A stretch of DNA of 64,000 bases from Methanomassiliicoccaceae archaeon (GTDB lineage: Archaea > Thermoplasmatota > Thermoplasmata > Methanomassiliicoccales > Methanomassiliicoccaceae), in contig CAVSJV010000003.1 of assembly GCA_963728405.1 (NCBI GenBank), positions 224,001 through 288,000 on the forward strand, read 5' to 3'. Numbering within the stretch: position 1 is the stretch's first letter; each line of letters starts with the position of its first letter. The position numbers were made by a program, and so were the translations under genes. The notes beneath the pieces were generated by a model. That model searched no databases. It was given only the letters and a program-made list of their open reading frames with translations, and was not told where the DNA came from. This document shows positions 9,216 to 19,091 of the stretch, one piece after another.

Positions 9216-11957
9216 ATGGCATTCGAACTTCTGGACAAGAGGATTCAGCAGGTCCTCCGGGACAAGAACATCCACGAGCCTACCGGCCCCCAAAAAGAGG
9301 CCATCCCTCACATCTTGAAGGGCGAGCATCTTCTGCTGGTGGCACACACCGGAATTGGTAAGACCGAAGCGGCCATGCTGCCCATCTTCCAGCACCTGCT
9401 GGAGACGCCGGGAAAGGGGATCAAGTGCATCTACATCACCCCGCTCCGGGCATTGAACCGGGACATGCTGAAGCGGCTCACCGAGTTCGGCGAGGCCCTG
9501 GAACTGGAGGTGGCGGTGCGCCATGGTGATACCACTCAGGCCGAGCGGCAACATCAGTCCAAGAACCCTCCCGATGTGCTGATCACTACCCCGGAGACGG
9601 TGCAGGTGTTGTTCACCGGCAAGAGGCTGCGGGAGCACCTGTCAAGGGTCCGTTGGGTGGTCATCGACGAGATACACGAGCTTGCCAACAACGAGCGGGG
9701 AGCGCAGCTGTCGGTGGCCTTGGAACGCCTGACCGAGCTGTCCGGCGAGTTCCAGCGCATCGGCCTTTCGGCCACGGTCGGCTCGATCGATGAGGTCGCC
9801 CATTACCTGGGCGGGGCGAAGCGAGAGGTGCGCACCGTCCGCGCCCAGGTCTCCAAGGACCTGGCGGTGACGATCCAATCCCCCGAGGTCCTGGAATCCG
9901 ATCGGGACCTGGCCGGCACGTTGCAGAGCGACCCCCACCTGGTAGCAGGGATGCGTCGGTGCAAGAAACTCATCGAAGATCACCGCTCCACCCTGCTGTT
10001 CGTGAACACCAGGGACACCGCCGAGGCGCTGGCGGCCCGTTACCGCGTCTGGGACGAAGGGTTCAAGGTGGGAGTGCATCACGGTTCGCTGTCCAAGGAT
10101 ATTCGCATCGAGATGGAGGAGGAGTTCAAGCAGGAGCGTCTGAAGGGCCTGATCTGCACGTCGTCCCTCGAGCTGGGCATCGACATCGGCTCGGTCGATT
10201 TTGCCATCCAGTATAACTCGCCGCGGCAGGTGGCCCGGTTGATCCAGAGGATGGGGCGGGCCGGACATTCGGTCGGAGAGCGTTCGGAGGGCGCCATCGT
10301 CGCCTCCAACCCGGATGAGATCGCCGAAAGCCTGGTCATCGCCCGTAAGGCCATGAAGGGCGAACTAGAGGACCTCTGGGTCAGGGAAAACCCCATGGCG
10401 GTGCTCGCCAACCAGTTGGTGGCCATGGCCATGGTCGGGCAGGTGGAGAAGGAGTGGGCCTATCAGGTCATCAGGCGCTCCTATCCGTTCCGGAACCTCT
10501 CCCGCGATGGTTTTCACGGAGTTCTAGAACAGCTTGTCCGCATCGGACTGCTGTTCGACAACGAGCAGAAATATCGCCGCAGCAGCCGAGGCATGCGCTA
10601 CTTCTACGATAATCTGTCCATGATACCCGACGAGCGCACCTACCTCATCCGGGATATCGGCTCGAGACGGATCGTCGGCTCGCTGGATGAATCGTTCGTC
10701 GTGTCCTTCGCCGAACCGTACGCAGCATTCATCACCCACGGGAAGACCTGGAGGATCGTCGAGGTCAGGGAGGACGAGCTGCTGGTGGAACAGATCCGGG
10801 AGATCGGCTCTATCCCATCGTGGGTAGGCGAGGACATCCCTGTCCCCTTCGAGGTCGCCCAGGAGGTCGGCAGGCTCCGGCGGGAGGAGAACTATTCCGA
10901 CTACGCCGGGGACCACGACGCGGTCCGCGAGCTCAGGAAGTACTTTGAGGACCAGCGGAAGGACGGCGCTATACCGTCGGATAGATTGGTCACTCTGGAG
11001 ATGGGTAAGAGGCTTGCCATCCTCAACATGTGCTTCGGGACCAAGATCAACGAGACGGTCTCGAAGATCCTGTCCGTGCTGCTGTCTGCCCGCCTGGGCG
11101 AGAGTGTCGGGGTGCATACTGACCCCTACCGCATCGTCATCGAGCTGCCCCGGGACATCAACCCCCAGATGATAATGGATACTCTAAAATCGATTCGGTC
11201 CGACGGAGTGGAGAGCCTCATCCGGCTGGTGCTCAAATCATCCTCCTACCTTCGATACCGGTTCGTCTATGTGGCCAAGAAGTTCGGCGCGATCGAGAAG
11301 GATGCCGACTATCGGCAGGTGAACTTCACTAGGCTGGCGGAAGCGTTCGAGGACACCCCTCTGTTCGAGGAGGCGGTCAAGCGCGTGCTGTGGGAGGATT
11401 TCGACATCGAGGGGACGGTCGCCGCCATGAGGCGCATCGAGGCGGGGGAGATCTCCTTCCAAGTCATGGGCCTCACCGCCATCGGGAGGGCCGGATTACA
11501 GCATTCCAGGGAGCTTATCATGCCCCAACGGGCCGACCACAGCATCCTGATGGCGCTGAAGAATCGCCTGGAGGTGGAGACGATGAACATGTCCTGCCTC
11601 AGCTGCCAGGCCCAATGGAGGATGAAGCCCAAGGATGCTCCCGATCGAATCACTTGTCCCAAGTGCGGTGGGCAGATGATCGCTGCCCTCCTGCCGTATA
11701 ACCGGGAGGACATCGGGCTGCTGAAGAAGGCCAAGCCCACCGAAGATGAGACCAAGAACATCAGGAGGATGTTCAAGAACGCCAGCCTGATCAAGGAGCA
11801 CGGGAAGCGGGCCATGATGACCTTGGCCGGACGGGGCATCGGCCCAGACACGGCGACCCGGGTGCTCTCTTCATTCTATGATGGAGAGGACGAGTTCCTG
11901 CGGGACATATTGAGCGCCGAGCTTACCTATGCCCGGACGAAGCGGTTCTGGGACTGA
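9216..11957 (+). CDS. lhr: Lhr-like SF2 DEAD/H helicase with C-terminal Zn finger
   Basis: AHTGIGKTEA, ITPLRALNRD, DEIH, GLSAT, TSSLELGIDIG, QRMGRAGH; CLSC..CPKC. Confidence 0.92.
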   Translation: MAFELLDKRIQQVLRDKNIHEPTGPQKEAIPHILKGEHLLLVAHTGIGKTEAAMLPIFQHLLETPGKGIKCIYITPLRALNRDMLKRLTEFGEALELEVAVRHGDTTQAERQHQSKNPPDVLITTPETVQVLFTGKRLREHLSRVRWVVIDEIHELANNERGAQLSVALERLTELSGEFQRIGLSATVGSIDEVAHYLGGAKREVRTVRAQVSKDLAVTIQSPEVLESDRDLAGTLQSDPHLVAGMRRCKKLIEDHRSTLLFVNTRDTAEALAARYRVWDEGFKVGVHHGSLSKDIRIEMEEEFKQERLKGLICTSSLELGIDIGSVDFAIQYNSPRQVARLIQRMGRAGHSVGERSEGAIVASNPDEIAESLVIARKAMKGELEDLWVRENPMAVLANQLVAMAMVGQVEKEWAYQVIRRSYPFRNLSRDGFHGVLEQLVRIGLLFDNEQKYRRSSRGMRYFYDNLSMIPDERTYLIRDIGSRRIVGSLDESFVVSFAEPYAAFITHGKTWRIVEVREDELLVEQIREIGSIPSWVGEDIPVPFEVAQEVGRLRREENYSDYAGDHDAVRELRKYFEDQRKDGAIPSDRLVTLEMGKRLAILNMCFGTKINETVSKILSVLLSARLGESVGVHTDPYRIVIELPRDINPQMIMDTLKSIRSDGVESLIRLVLKSSSYLRYRFVYVAKKFGAIEKDADYRQVNFTRLAEAFEDTPLFEEAVKRVLWEDFDIEGTVAAMRRIEAGEISFQVMGLTAIGRAGLQHSRELIMPQRADHSILMALKNRLEVETMNMSCLSCQAQWRMKPKDAPDRITCPKCGGQMIAALLPYNREDIGLLKKAKPTEDETKNIRRMFKNASLIKEHGKRAMMTLAGRGIGPDTATRVLSSFYDGEDEFLRDILSAELTYARTKRFWD

Positions 11958-12581
11958 TCAAGCTCGTCGGAATGGATTCCTGACCGTTCCGACGCCGAAA
12001 ACCTTCGCCTCTACCATGTCGCCATCGTTCAAAGGGCTCACTCCTTCCGGTGTCCCGGTGGCGATGATGTCGCCTTCCTCCAACGTCATATAATTGGAGA
12101 TGTAGGCGATCAACTGCTCCGGGGTGAAGATCATGTCCGAGGTGTTGCCCTTCTGCCTCACCGTACCGTTCACCCTGAGCTCGAGGTCAAGGTTGTGAAC
12201 GTCCTTCACGCTGGAGATGGGCACCGGTTCGGACATGGGCGCGAAGGTGTCCATTCCTTTTGCCAGGGACCAGGGATTCCCTACGTTCCGAGCGTTGCCC
12301 TGAAGTTCCCTCGCGGTCACGTCGTTGAACACCGCCAGGTGCGAAATGAAACCTAGCGCCTCCGACTCTGCCACCCGCTTGGCCTTCCGCCCGATGATCA
12401 GGGCGAGTTCGACCTCATGGTCGACCCTTCCGACATTGCCGGCCTCGATGACCTCGTCGTCGCCGATGAGCGCGGATGCCGGTTTCAAGAAAAGGATCGG
12501 TTCCTTGGGCGGCTCGGAGTTCATCTCCTTGGCATGGGCCCGGTAGTTCTGGCCGATGCAGACGATCTTGCCGCACCTCAT
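11958..12581 (-). CDS. Fumarylacetoacetate hydrolase family protein
   Basis: KIVCIGQNY..H, DHEVELA, NDVTAR, GDIIATGTPEGV. Confidence 0.92.
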   Translation of the reverse strand: MRCGKIVCIGQNYRAHAKEMNSEPPKEPILFLKPASALIGDDEVIEAGNVGRVDHEVELALIIGRKAKRVAESEALGFISHLAVFNDVTARELQGNARNVGNPWSLAKGMDTFAPMSEPVPISSVKDVHNLDLELRVNGTVRQKGNTSDMIFTPEQLIAYISNYMTLEEGDIIATGTPEGVSPLNDGDMVEAKVFGVGTVRNPFRRA

Positions 12582-12590
12582 AGAGCGGCC

Positions 12591-12824
12591 TCAGAGATAG
12601 TCGCTGACCGTCTGGAGCTTGAACAGCACCTGTTTCCCTTTGAGAGTAAGGTGGACCTTATCGGCAAGGTAGATGGCGTCCTCCACGGTGGCCTTGCTTC
12701 CCCACCGATAGATGAAGTCGTAACTTCCCGTAGTAGGTTCGAACCCCAGTCCGTGCAGGGCGTCCATGACCTCGGACGGGCGGGAACCTTCAGTGCTGAA
12801 AGTAACGGTGAGATAAGTGATCAT
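12591..12824 (-). CDS. Small hypothetical protein, probably leaderless
   Basis: MITYLTVTFS..; host-like codons; TTATAAA box ~25 nt upstream of ATG 12824. Confidence 0.65.
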   Translation of the reverse strand: MITYLTVTFSTEGSRPSEVMDALHGLGFEPTTGSYDFIYRWGSKATVEDAIYLADKVHLTLKGKQVLFKLQTVSDYL

Positions 12825-12909
12825 CGGACCATGAATAGGGTAGGGCAATTTATAACCTTATTCCCACCCCTTCCAGATGTACGCTGCTTGTCGATCCGAA
12901 TGTTATGGA

Positions 12910-12984
12910 GAGAAAAGAAAGGTGGGAGCGGCGGAGGAAAAATGATGAATCGGATGGGTTCTGATTGGGGGGTTCTCCGCTCCC
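12910..12984 (-). ncRNA. Candidate small RNA (terminal stem, C-rich loop, U-tract)
   Basis: TTATATA at 13015-13009, 25 nt before GGGAGCGGAG..CTCCGCCGCTCCC stem followed by TTTCTTTTCTC. Confidence 0.4.
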
Positions 12985-13033
12985 TAAATATTGTACCGGC
13001 AAAGTGAGTATATAATTGACGACCGTCAGACAA

Positions 13034-13726
13034 TCAGTTTTGATTTTTGCATTCGTTAGCTAGCTGCACATTTTCATTAACATTCGTCGTGAGCGCAGCC
13101 TTCGAGACCTCTTTCTCGGGCGATCCCCTGAACCCTTTGGCAATGATGTAGATCTCGGAGCTGCACGAACGGGAGGCCTTGGGAGCATGAAGACGCACCG
13201 AGCTGAAGCTCTTGCGGACCTCGTCCAGGAAATCGTTGATCATGTCCCCTTCGAACATCTTCATGACCAGCGACCCTCGCGGTTTGAGAGCTTGTCGGGC
13301 AAAATTGAGAGCGTGGGTGCATAGATCGACCGAACGGGCGTGGTCCATGGAGTAGCTGCCGCTAATGTTCGGGGACATGTCCGATATGACCACATCGGCC
13401 TTCCCTCCCAGCAGTTCTTTCAGCTCCTCCACCGTCTCCGGTTTGGTGATATCTCCACGGATGGTCTCGATGTTTGGCAGCGGGTCGATGTGCTGGAGGT
13501 CCACTCCGACCACTTTCCCTTCGGGGCCGACCCTCTCCTTTGCTATTTGCAGCCACCCTCCCGGCGCCGCGCCCAGATCGACCACTGCGCTGCCTTCCCG
13601 GAAGATGCCGAACTTCTCATCTATCTGGTGCAGCTTGAACGAGGCCCGCGAGCGGTAGTGGAGCTCCTTGGCCTTCTTGTAATAGAAGTCGGCTCTCCTC
13701 TCGTTAAGCCAGCGCTTGCTCATCAT
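13034..13726 (-). CDS. rlmE: 23S rRNA Um2552 methyltransferase RlmE/FtsJ
   Basis: YRSRASFKL, VDLGAAPGGW, VISDMSPN, KASRSCSSEIY. Confidence 0.92.
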   Translation of the reverse strand: MMSKRWLNERRADFYYKKAKELHYRSRASFKLHQIDEKFGIFREGSAVVDLGAAPGGWLQIAKERVGPEGKVVGVDLQHIDPLPNIETIRGDITKPETVEELKELLGGKADVVISDMSPNISGSYSMDHARSVDLCTHALNFARQALKPRGSLVMKMFEGDMINDFLDEVRKSFSSVRLHAPKASRSCSSEIYIIAKGFRGSPEKEVSKAALTTNVNENVQLANECKNQN

Positions 13727-13788
13727 TCTCGCTATTCCGGCCTCGGCCTTAAAGGTTATGGATTGGAAGACCGCAAAATGGCCCGACA

Positions 13789-14340
13789 TCAGGCATATTG
13801 TCCATTGAACACTATCCTCACTGGCCTGACAGTCCTCCGGCACCTCGAAGCCCACGGTCAGGGTGGCCGATCCCCCGTTGGTGCTCAGGTTCGGCATATC
13901 GGCCGTGGCATACTCGGAATGATCATGGTACGAACCATCATCCCCCAGCAGCAGGAAGTCCGATGGTTCCAGGGCCACGTCCCCGCCGGCCTCATTGGTC
14001 ATGGTAACGGTCACCTGGATATACCGGTTGCCGGAATCTGCGGGCAGGGTCCCTTCGGCCGGGTCGACCGTGTTGACCATGGATAGTGTCACGCCGCCGT
14101 CGGTAGAGCGGTCCTGTCCATTCCATAACGCCAACGCCCCCATCGCGATCACCGCCACCAGGACCACTGCCATAATAGCAATGAGCAGGAGGGTCCTGGA
14201 CTTGCGGGCGACTTGGGCCCAGTGTAAGGCGGAGGCGCCGTTACGGCCCCTTCGGACGCGCTGCCGACCCTCGCTCCGCAGCCTGGGCAATACGGGCTCC
14301 CGGGTTCGAGGGGAGTTCCGCATTTTTGACAATAGGTCAT
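13789..14340 (-). CDS. Zinc-ribbon + TM + DUF4352-like membrane protein; two frameshifts
   Basis: MTYCQKCG..YCPGCG, hydrophobic helix, VTVTMTN..PSDFLLLGDDG..GFEVPE; alternative frame ends VRIVFNGQYA* at 13789. Confidence 0.6.
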
Positions 14341-14449
14341 CGGGTTCCCTCACCGGAAATCACGTCGCCCGTTCGTACAAAAGGGTTGTGGCCGCCTAGG
14401 TCGGCGGGAAAAAGCTTGAAGTAAAGGAACGATTACCGTAACGGTCAGC

Positions 14450-15481
14450 ATGTCCTGCAGCCGAAAGCCCTTGACGTACGCCCAAGCGGGAGTGAACATC
14501 GATGCCAAGTCCCAGGCCATCGAGGCCCTGGTCAAGCAGCTTACCTTCCGCCGGTCGGGAAAGGTCAAGATGATCGACCTTCCCGGGCAGTTCACCGGAT
14601 TGATAGACTTCGGCGAGATGGCCCTGACCCTCTGCACCGACGGGGTGGGCACCAAGTTGCTCATCGCCAAGGCCATGAACAAATGGGACACCGTGGGGAT
14701 CGACTGCGTGGCCATGAACGTCAACGACACCATCTGCGTGGGGGCCGAACCCATCTCCTTCGTCGACTATCTGGCCATCGATGTGCCTGACCCGGCGCTG
14801 ATGGAGAAGATCGGCATCGGGCTGAACAAGGGGTGCGAGCTGGCCAACTGCGATCTGGTGGGCGGCGAGGTCGCTGTACTTCCAGAGATCATGAAGGAGA
14901 TCGACCTGTCCGGCAGCTGCTTGGGCATGGTGCGTAAGGACCGCATCATAGACGGCTCCAAGGTAGCGCCGGGCGACATGGTGGTCGGTCTGCCCTCAAC
15001 GGGTGTGCATTCCAACGGCCTCACCCTGGCCCGCAAGGTGCTGGAGAACAACGAGGTGGACCTGGACGAGAAGTTCCCCAAGCTCGGGGGGACCATTGGC
15101 ATGGAGCTCCTGACCCCCACCGAGATCTACGTCCGCAAGGTGCTGGAGATAGTAAGCAAGTGCCAGGTGCATGGCATGATCGACGTTACCGGCGGCGGGC
15201 TGCGCAACTTCCTGCGCCTCCGGAAGGGCATCAGCATCTCCATCGACCAACCCATGCCCGTGCCACCGGTGTTCAATGTGCTCACCGACATGGGCTCGGT
15301 GGAAGTGGAGGAAGCCTATCAGACCTTCAACATGGGCCTGGGGTTCGCCCTGGTGTGCCCGGAAGAAGAGGCCAAGAAGGCGGTGGCCATCTACGGGGAG
15401 GGCGCCAAGATCGTGGGCCGCGTTCTGGCTGGAGATGGCGTGGTCGTTCCCTCTTTGGGGCTCAGATACGAGAAGTACTGA
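14450..15481 (+). CDS. purM: Phosphoribosylformylglycinamidine cyclo-ligase (AIR synthetase)
   Basis: TYAQAGVNID, TDGVGTK, GIDCVAMNVND, STGVHSNG, TFNMGLG. Confidence 0.95.
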   Translation: MSCSRKPLTYAQAGVNIDAKSQAIEALVKQLTFRRSGKVKMIDLPGQFTGLIDFGEMALTLCTDGVGTKLLIAKAMNKWDTVGIDCVAMNVNDTICVGAEPISFVDYLAIDVPDPALMEKIGIGLNKGCELANCDLVGGEVAVLPEIMKEIDLSGSCLGMVRKDRIIDGSKVAPGDMVVGLPSTGVHSNGLTLARKVLENNEVDLDEKFPKLGGTIGMELLTPTEIYVRKVLEIVSKCQVHGMIDVTGGGLRNFLRLRKGISISIDQPMPVPPVFNVLTDMGSVEVEEAYQTFNMGLGFALVCPEEEAKKAVAIYGEGAKIVGRVLAGDGVVVPSLGLRYEKY

Positions 15482-15509
15482 CCCATACAAGGACCCCTGC
15501 TGCCCGGGG

Positions 15510-17177
15510 TCAGCCCTTCCTCTTCATGTGGGGGACGGTGAACACTCCCTCATAAACGAGATTTCCGTCACTGAACTTGGTCCCGATCATGCCCTCCTTC
15601 CACAGCGCCTCCAGGACCGCGATGAGCTTGATCTCCTCGATGCTGGTGAGGTTAGCCAATGCCGAGAAAGAAAGGTTCTGCTTGTTGAGCTCGCGGAGCA
15701 CCCGCTTCTTGTAGTCGGCCATGATCACATCGGGTACATCTCTCGTCTCCGGCCGATTCCTGGTGACGAACAGGACCGCCAGTATGATCAGGACTATGAG
15801 CACGAAGAAGGTCGGCCATTCGATGGAACTCTCGCTCTTGAGCGTCTCCACCTGACCGGCCACCCTGATCTCATGCTCACCGTCGACAAGCCCTGATGCG
15901 GTGAACCTCACCTCCTTGCTCTCTCCTGGACCCAAATCCACGATCTGGGCATCGATGGGCCTACCATCGATGAACAAGGTGACTACGTAACTTCCGGCGG
16001 CTGCCCCCTCGTTGGTGATGAACACAGCGACCAAGACCGACTCCCCTCGGCTGGAGAACAGGACTATGGGCCACCACCTCTGGTCCAGAACGGGCGTCAC
16101 CACAAGTCCCCCAGCGGTCATGAATGCCTCGAGGTCGCCGGTACTGCCGATGGGGCTGGCCAGGACAGCGAAGGTACCGGTGCTCCCGATGAAGCCCCGG
16201 GCCTCCCAGGAGGTCAGCGCCCCGGCCGGCCCAGGCAGCCGGGACCAGTTGCCTTGGGTGGTGAGCATGTGGATGCCTTCGATCTCCTGACCGGCGGGAA
16301 GATCGGAGGAGCTTACTCCCAGGGACAGACCGGCCTGAGGAGAAACGTACACATCGGCCGGGGTGGTGTCGTCGAGGTACCCTTTCAGTTCGTAGGCCTG
16401 CCCCACTATGCTCATCCCCTCCGGGAAAGCCGGAAGTAAGGAATCCACCTCGGTCAAGATGAGATGACTGGGGACCAGCCCGTCCTTCGTCAAGATTGTA
16501 GCGCCCTGGGCGACCGAGAGGCGATGCAGGCCCTGTGGATCGGTGGCCTCGAAGCTCTGCTGGACCACCCCCGTGGAGTTGACGGCCGCCACCGTCTCCT
16601 TGCCCAGTATGTCGATGATGATGAAATGATAGGTCTCCCCGGATGGAGGGATCTCGGCCAGCAGGTAATTGATGGTGAATGACAACCCATCGCCCTGGGC
16701 ATCGTTCTGGGGATTTCCGTTATCCACGAACTCCCAGTTCCAGTGTGTCACCACCGAAGACCCCGACGGCAACGGTCCAACGGTCAGCTGTTTGCCGCCC
16801 GACGGATAGCTGGGGAACTCATATATGGTGGTCGGGAAGATGAGCGTGGTCTGTAGGTCCTCGGCCGCAAGGGTGAGCCGCAGGTACTTGCTGAGGGCGG
16901 CCCCGTCCTCCCCGTGGTCCGTCTCCACGATGTCACTTAGCCACAGCGTCAGATAGGCCGTGGTAGGACCGGCGTTCCGGATCTCGACCTCCTTGGTACC
17001 GCTGTCGCCTGGCTGGATGGCCCCCATGGTCCAGGCCACGCTGCCCTGTCCTCCCAGGACGAGATCTTCCGGACCATCGTCGGCGCCGCGGACCGGGGAC
17101 GGTAGGGCGGACACCAGCATGAGGATGATTAGGACGAGGACGACCGTACGTCCGTGCCTAGGCTCCGCCCTGATCAG
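15510..17177 (-). CDS. Membrane-anchored surface protein: Sec signal, TasA-like domain, Ig/CARDB-like domains, TM, short cytoplasmic helical domain
   Basis: IQPGDSGTKEVEIRNAG..NDAQGDGLSFTINY resembles the TasA-like gene; ITNEGAAAGSY..LGPGESKEVRF; C-terminal TM. Start uncertain (CTG 17177 overlapping the upstream TGA). Confidence 0.7.
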   Translation of the reverse strand: MIRAEPRHGRTVVLVLIILMLVSALPSPVRGADDGPEDLVLGGQGSVAWTMGAIQPGDSGTKEVEIRNAGPTTAYLTLWLSDIVETDHGEDGAALSKYLRLTLAAEDLQTTLIFPTTIYEFPSYPSGGKQLTVGPLPSGSSVVTHWNWEFVDNGNPQNDAQGDGLSFTINYLLAEIPPSGETYHFIIIDILGKETVAAVNSTGVVQQSFEATDPQGLHRLSVAQGATILTKDGLVPSHLILTEVDSLLPAFPEGMSIVGQAYELKGYLDDTTPADVYVSPQAGLSLGVSSSDLPAGQEIEGIHMLTTQGNWSRLPGPAGALTSWEARGFIGSTGTFAVLASPIGSTGDLEAFMTAGGLVVTPVLDQRWWPIVLFSSRGESVLVAVFITNEGAAAGSYVVTLFIDGRPIDAQIVDLGPGESKEVRFTASGLVDGEHEIRVAGQVETLKSESSIEWPTFFVLIVLIILAVLFVTRNRPETRDVPDVIMADYKKRVLRELNKQNLSFSALANLTSIEEIKLIAVLEALWKEGMIGTKFSDGNLVYEGVFTVPHMKRKG

Positions 17178-18526
17178 GCGTAGTATATCCTCACCTCTTG
17201 GAGCGTTGGAGTGTTGGCGGAATTTGTGGTACCGAGGACCGCCCGCCATTGGACATATCTTCCGCTCAGTCCGCTCAAAGAGGCCGAAGTTCCCGCCCCC
17301 AGCGCTTGCCATGGAGCAGCGGTCAGGCCGGCCATGGTATCAGCGGCACGCAGCTCCAACGTCAATCCAGTTGACGCAGCCAAGGTCCGGTCCCAGAACG
17401 CATAGTCCAACTTTGTGCTCGAGACCCCTGTGTCCAGGACCGTGGAGGTGACCGTACCCGTGGTGGCGTAGCCGACCTTGATAACCGGTACGTAGACAAG
17501 ACAGCCGCCCGCGTTCACCGCGGTCGGGAGGCTCGACCGAGCGGTCCAGCTATCGGTTGTGATGGCATACTGGGAGAAGGCGGTCTGGGAACCACCGGCC
17601 AACGCATAGATGGCGTTGGAACCGTCGAAAGCCAGGCCGCCGCCGGCGCCTACCGTGGTCGGTTCGCTTCCCCTGGTCGTCCATGAGTTGCTGGCGACCG
17701 TGTACATGGAGAACTTGTTCCGGCCGTTGCCATTGGTCTCGTACATCGTCCCCGTCGGCCCCAACACCAGCTCGGCACCGGCACCGATGTTCCAGGGGAC
17801 CTTGGCCATGGTCGTCCAGGTGGAGGTGGCGATGGTGTACCTCCAGAAAGTCTTGGTCGTATCTCCTCTAGTGACGTAAAGGGACCCGCTGCTGAGGGCC
17901 AAGGATGCTCCCGTCCCGACCTGCGAGGGAGTCTGCGCCACAGTGGTCCAGCCCGAGGTAACGGGGTCGAACCTCCAAATATTCCTTCCCCCGGCGCCCT
18001 GTAGCACGTACAGGCGGCTACCGTCCCAGGCCAGGCTTCCGCCGCTCCCCACCGGACCGGGGGTGGTGGCGACGATGGTCCAGGAGTTCAAGACGACATC
18101 ATAGCGCCCGATGTTGCTACCCCCTCCACCCTGGAGCGCATATACGTACCGCACCTGGTCGAAGGTTAGGGCCGCGCCGTCGCCCACGGTGAAGGGGATC
18201 GAAGTCATGGCGGACCAAGCGCCCGTCGTAAGATTGTAACGATAGAAGGTCCGGGAGTTTCCTCCTGCCAGAGCGTAAACGCCCGCGTCCTTGTAGGACG
18301 AGCCGAGGATGACGTTACCCGGGCTGGTGGAGGCGTCCGTCCTCACCAATGTGCTGGCCTGGAAGTCCGCGGCCGTGGTCTGGGTCCAGGTCCGAGGGAT
18401 CCACCCGGTGGCGGTGTTGCCGGCAGAGATCTCACTGTCAGTATAGACGCAGCCGATATCGCCCATGCCAATCATCAGGACCAGGAGGATGGCCGCGATC
18501 AGTATTCCATTGTTCGAAGGCCTCAC
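17174..18526 (-). CDS. Kelch-repeat beta-propeller protein with SipW-type signal peptide
   Basis: Signal peptide then VYTDSEISAGNT; six repeats of YALxGG..xxRYD..W..P..VG.G..L. Confidence 0.8.
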   Translation of the reverse strand: MRPSNNGILIAAILLVLMIGMGDIGCVYTDSEISAGNTATGWIPRTWTQTTAADFQASTLVRTDASTSPGNVILGSSYKDAGVYALAGGNSRTFYRYNLTTGAWSAMTSIPFTVGDGAALTFDQVRYVYALQGGGGSNIGRYDVVLNSWTIVATTPGPVGSGGSLAWDGSRLYVLQGAGGRNIWRFDPVTSGWTTVAQTPSQVGTGASLALSSGSLYVTRGDTTKTFWRYTIATSTWTTMAKVPWNIGAGAELVLGPTGTMYETNGNGRNKFSMYTVASNSWTTRGSEPTTVGAGGGLAFDGSNAIYALAGGSQTAFSQYAITTDSWTARSSLPTAVNAGGCLVYVPVIKVGYATTGTVTSTVLDTGVSSTKLDYAFWDRTLAASTGLTLELRAADTMAGLTAAPWQALGAGTSASLSGLSGRYVQWRAVLGTTNSANTPTLQEVRIYYA

Positions 18527-19029
18527 TTCCCAGCCTCCGAAGATGCTGTCCCCTCCTTATTCTTGACCGGTGGCTTCCCGCTGCCTAGGGCCAGGACCAG
18601 AAGGGCCACCAGTATGATCAAGGCCCAGCCGAAGGGGCCCTTAAGAAAATCGATGACATAGCCCAGGAGCGGGACGTTACCGCTCACCTTCCCCACGACG
18701 CTTTCAAAGGGGACGGGGGCAGGGTCCTGATGCTGGTTGGCATCACCCTTGGTGTAAATGGTAAGATTGGCTTTGTCCACCTCGACAATCCGGTGGCAGA
18801 CCAGGGTCCCGCCCTCCGCGTGGAAGCTGATGACGTCCCCTGCTTGAAGGTCCCCGGGCTCGCAGGGCGATGTCACTAGCAGGTCCCCTACACCGATCGC
18901 AGGGGCCATGCTTCCCGATTGCACGACGTCCAGTCGCCACCCGAACACCGGGGCCAGCACCCCGACCAGGGCCAAGGCTAGGAGTATGACCAGTATGGCC
19001 GTCCCTAGGTGGCTAGACCTGAGCTTCAC
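18523..19029 (-). CDS. sipW: SipW/Sec11-type signal peptidase I
   Basis: VVQSGSMAPAI.VGDL, VCHRIV, TKGDAN..DP (Ser/His type). Confidence 0.9.
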   Translation of the reverse strand: MKLRSSHLGTAILVILLALALVGVLAPVFGWRLDVVQSGSMAPAIGVGDLLVTSPCEPGDLQAGDVISFHAEGGTLVCHRIVEVDKANLTIYTKGDANQHQDPAPVPFESVVGKVSGNVPLLGYVIDFLKGPFGWALIILVALLVLALGSGKPPVKNKEGTASSEAGK

Positions 19030-19091
19030 TATTCACCTCGTCAGGCTGGTAAAGATATTAGGCGGTCCTTGCGGACCGCCGAACAGCCCGA

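Noticed and set aside
12942-12964. C/D box sRNA on the plus strand (ATGATGA..CTGA)
   Set aside because: Only one C/D pair 12 nt apart and no identifiable target; promoter and U-tract signals favour the minus strand.
13034-14353. Apparent 439-aa membrane protein-RlmE fusion
   Set aside because: A 1-nt shift near 13830 restores VRIVFNGQYA* for the upstream gene, and RlmE has its own MMSKRW start; the fusion is most likely an indel artefact.
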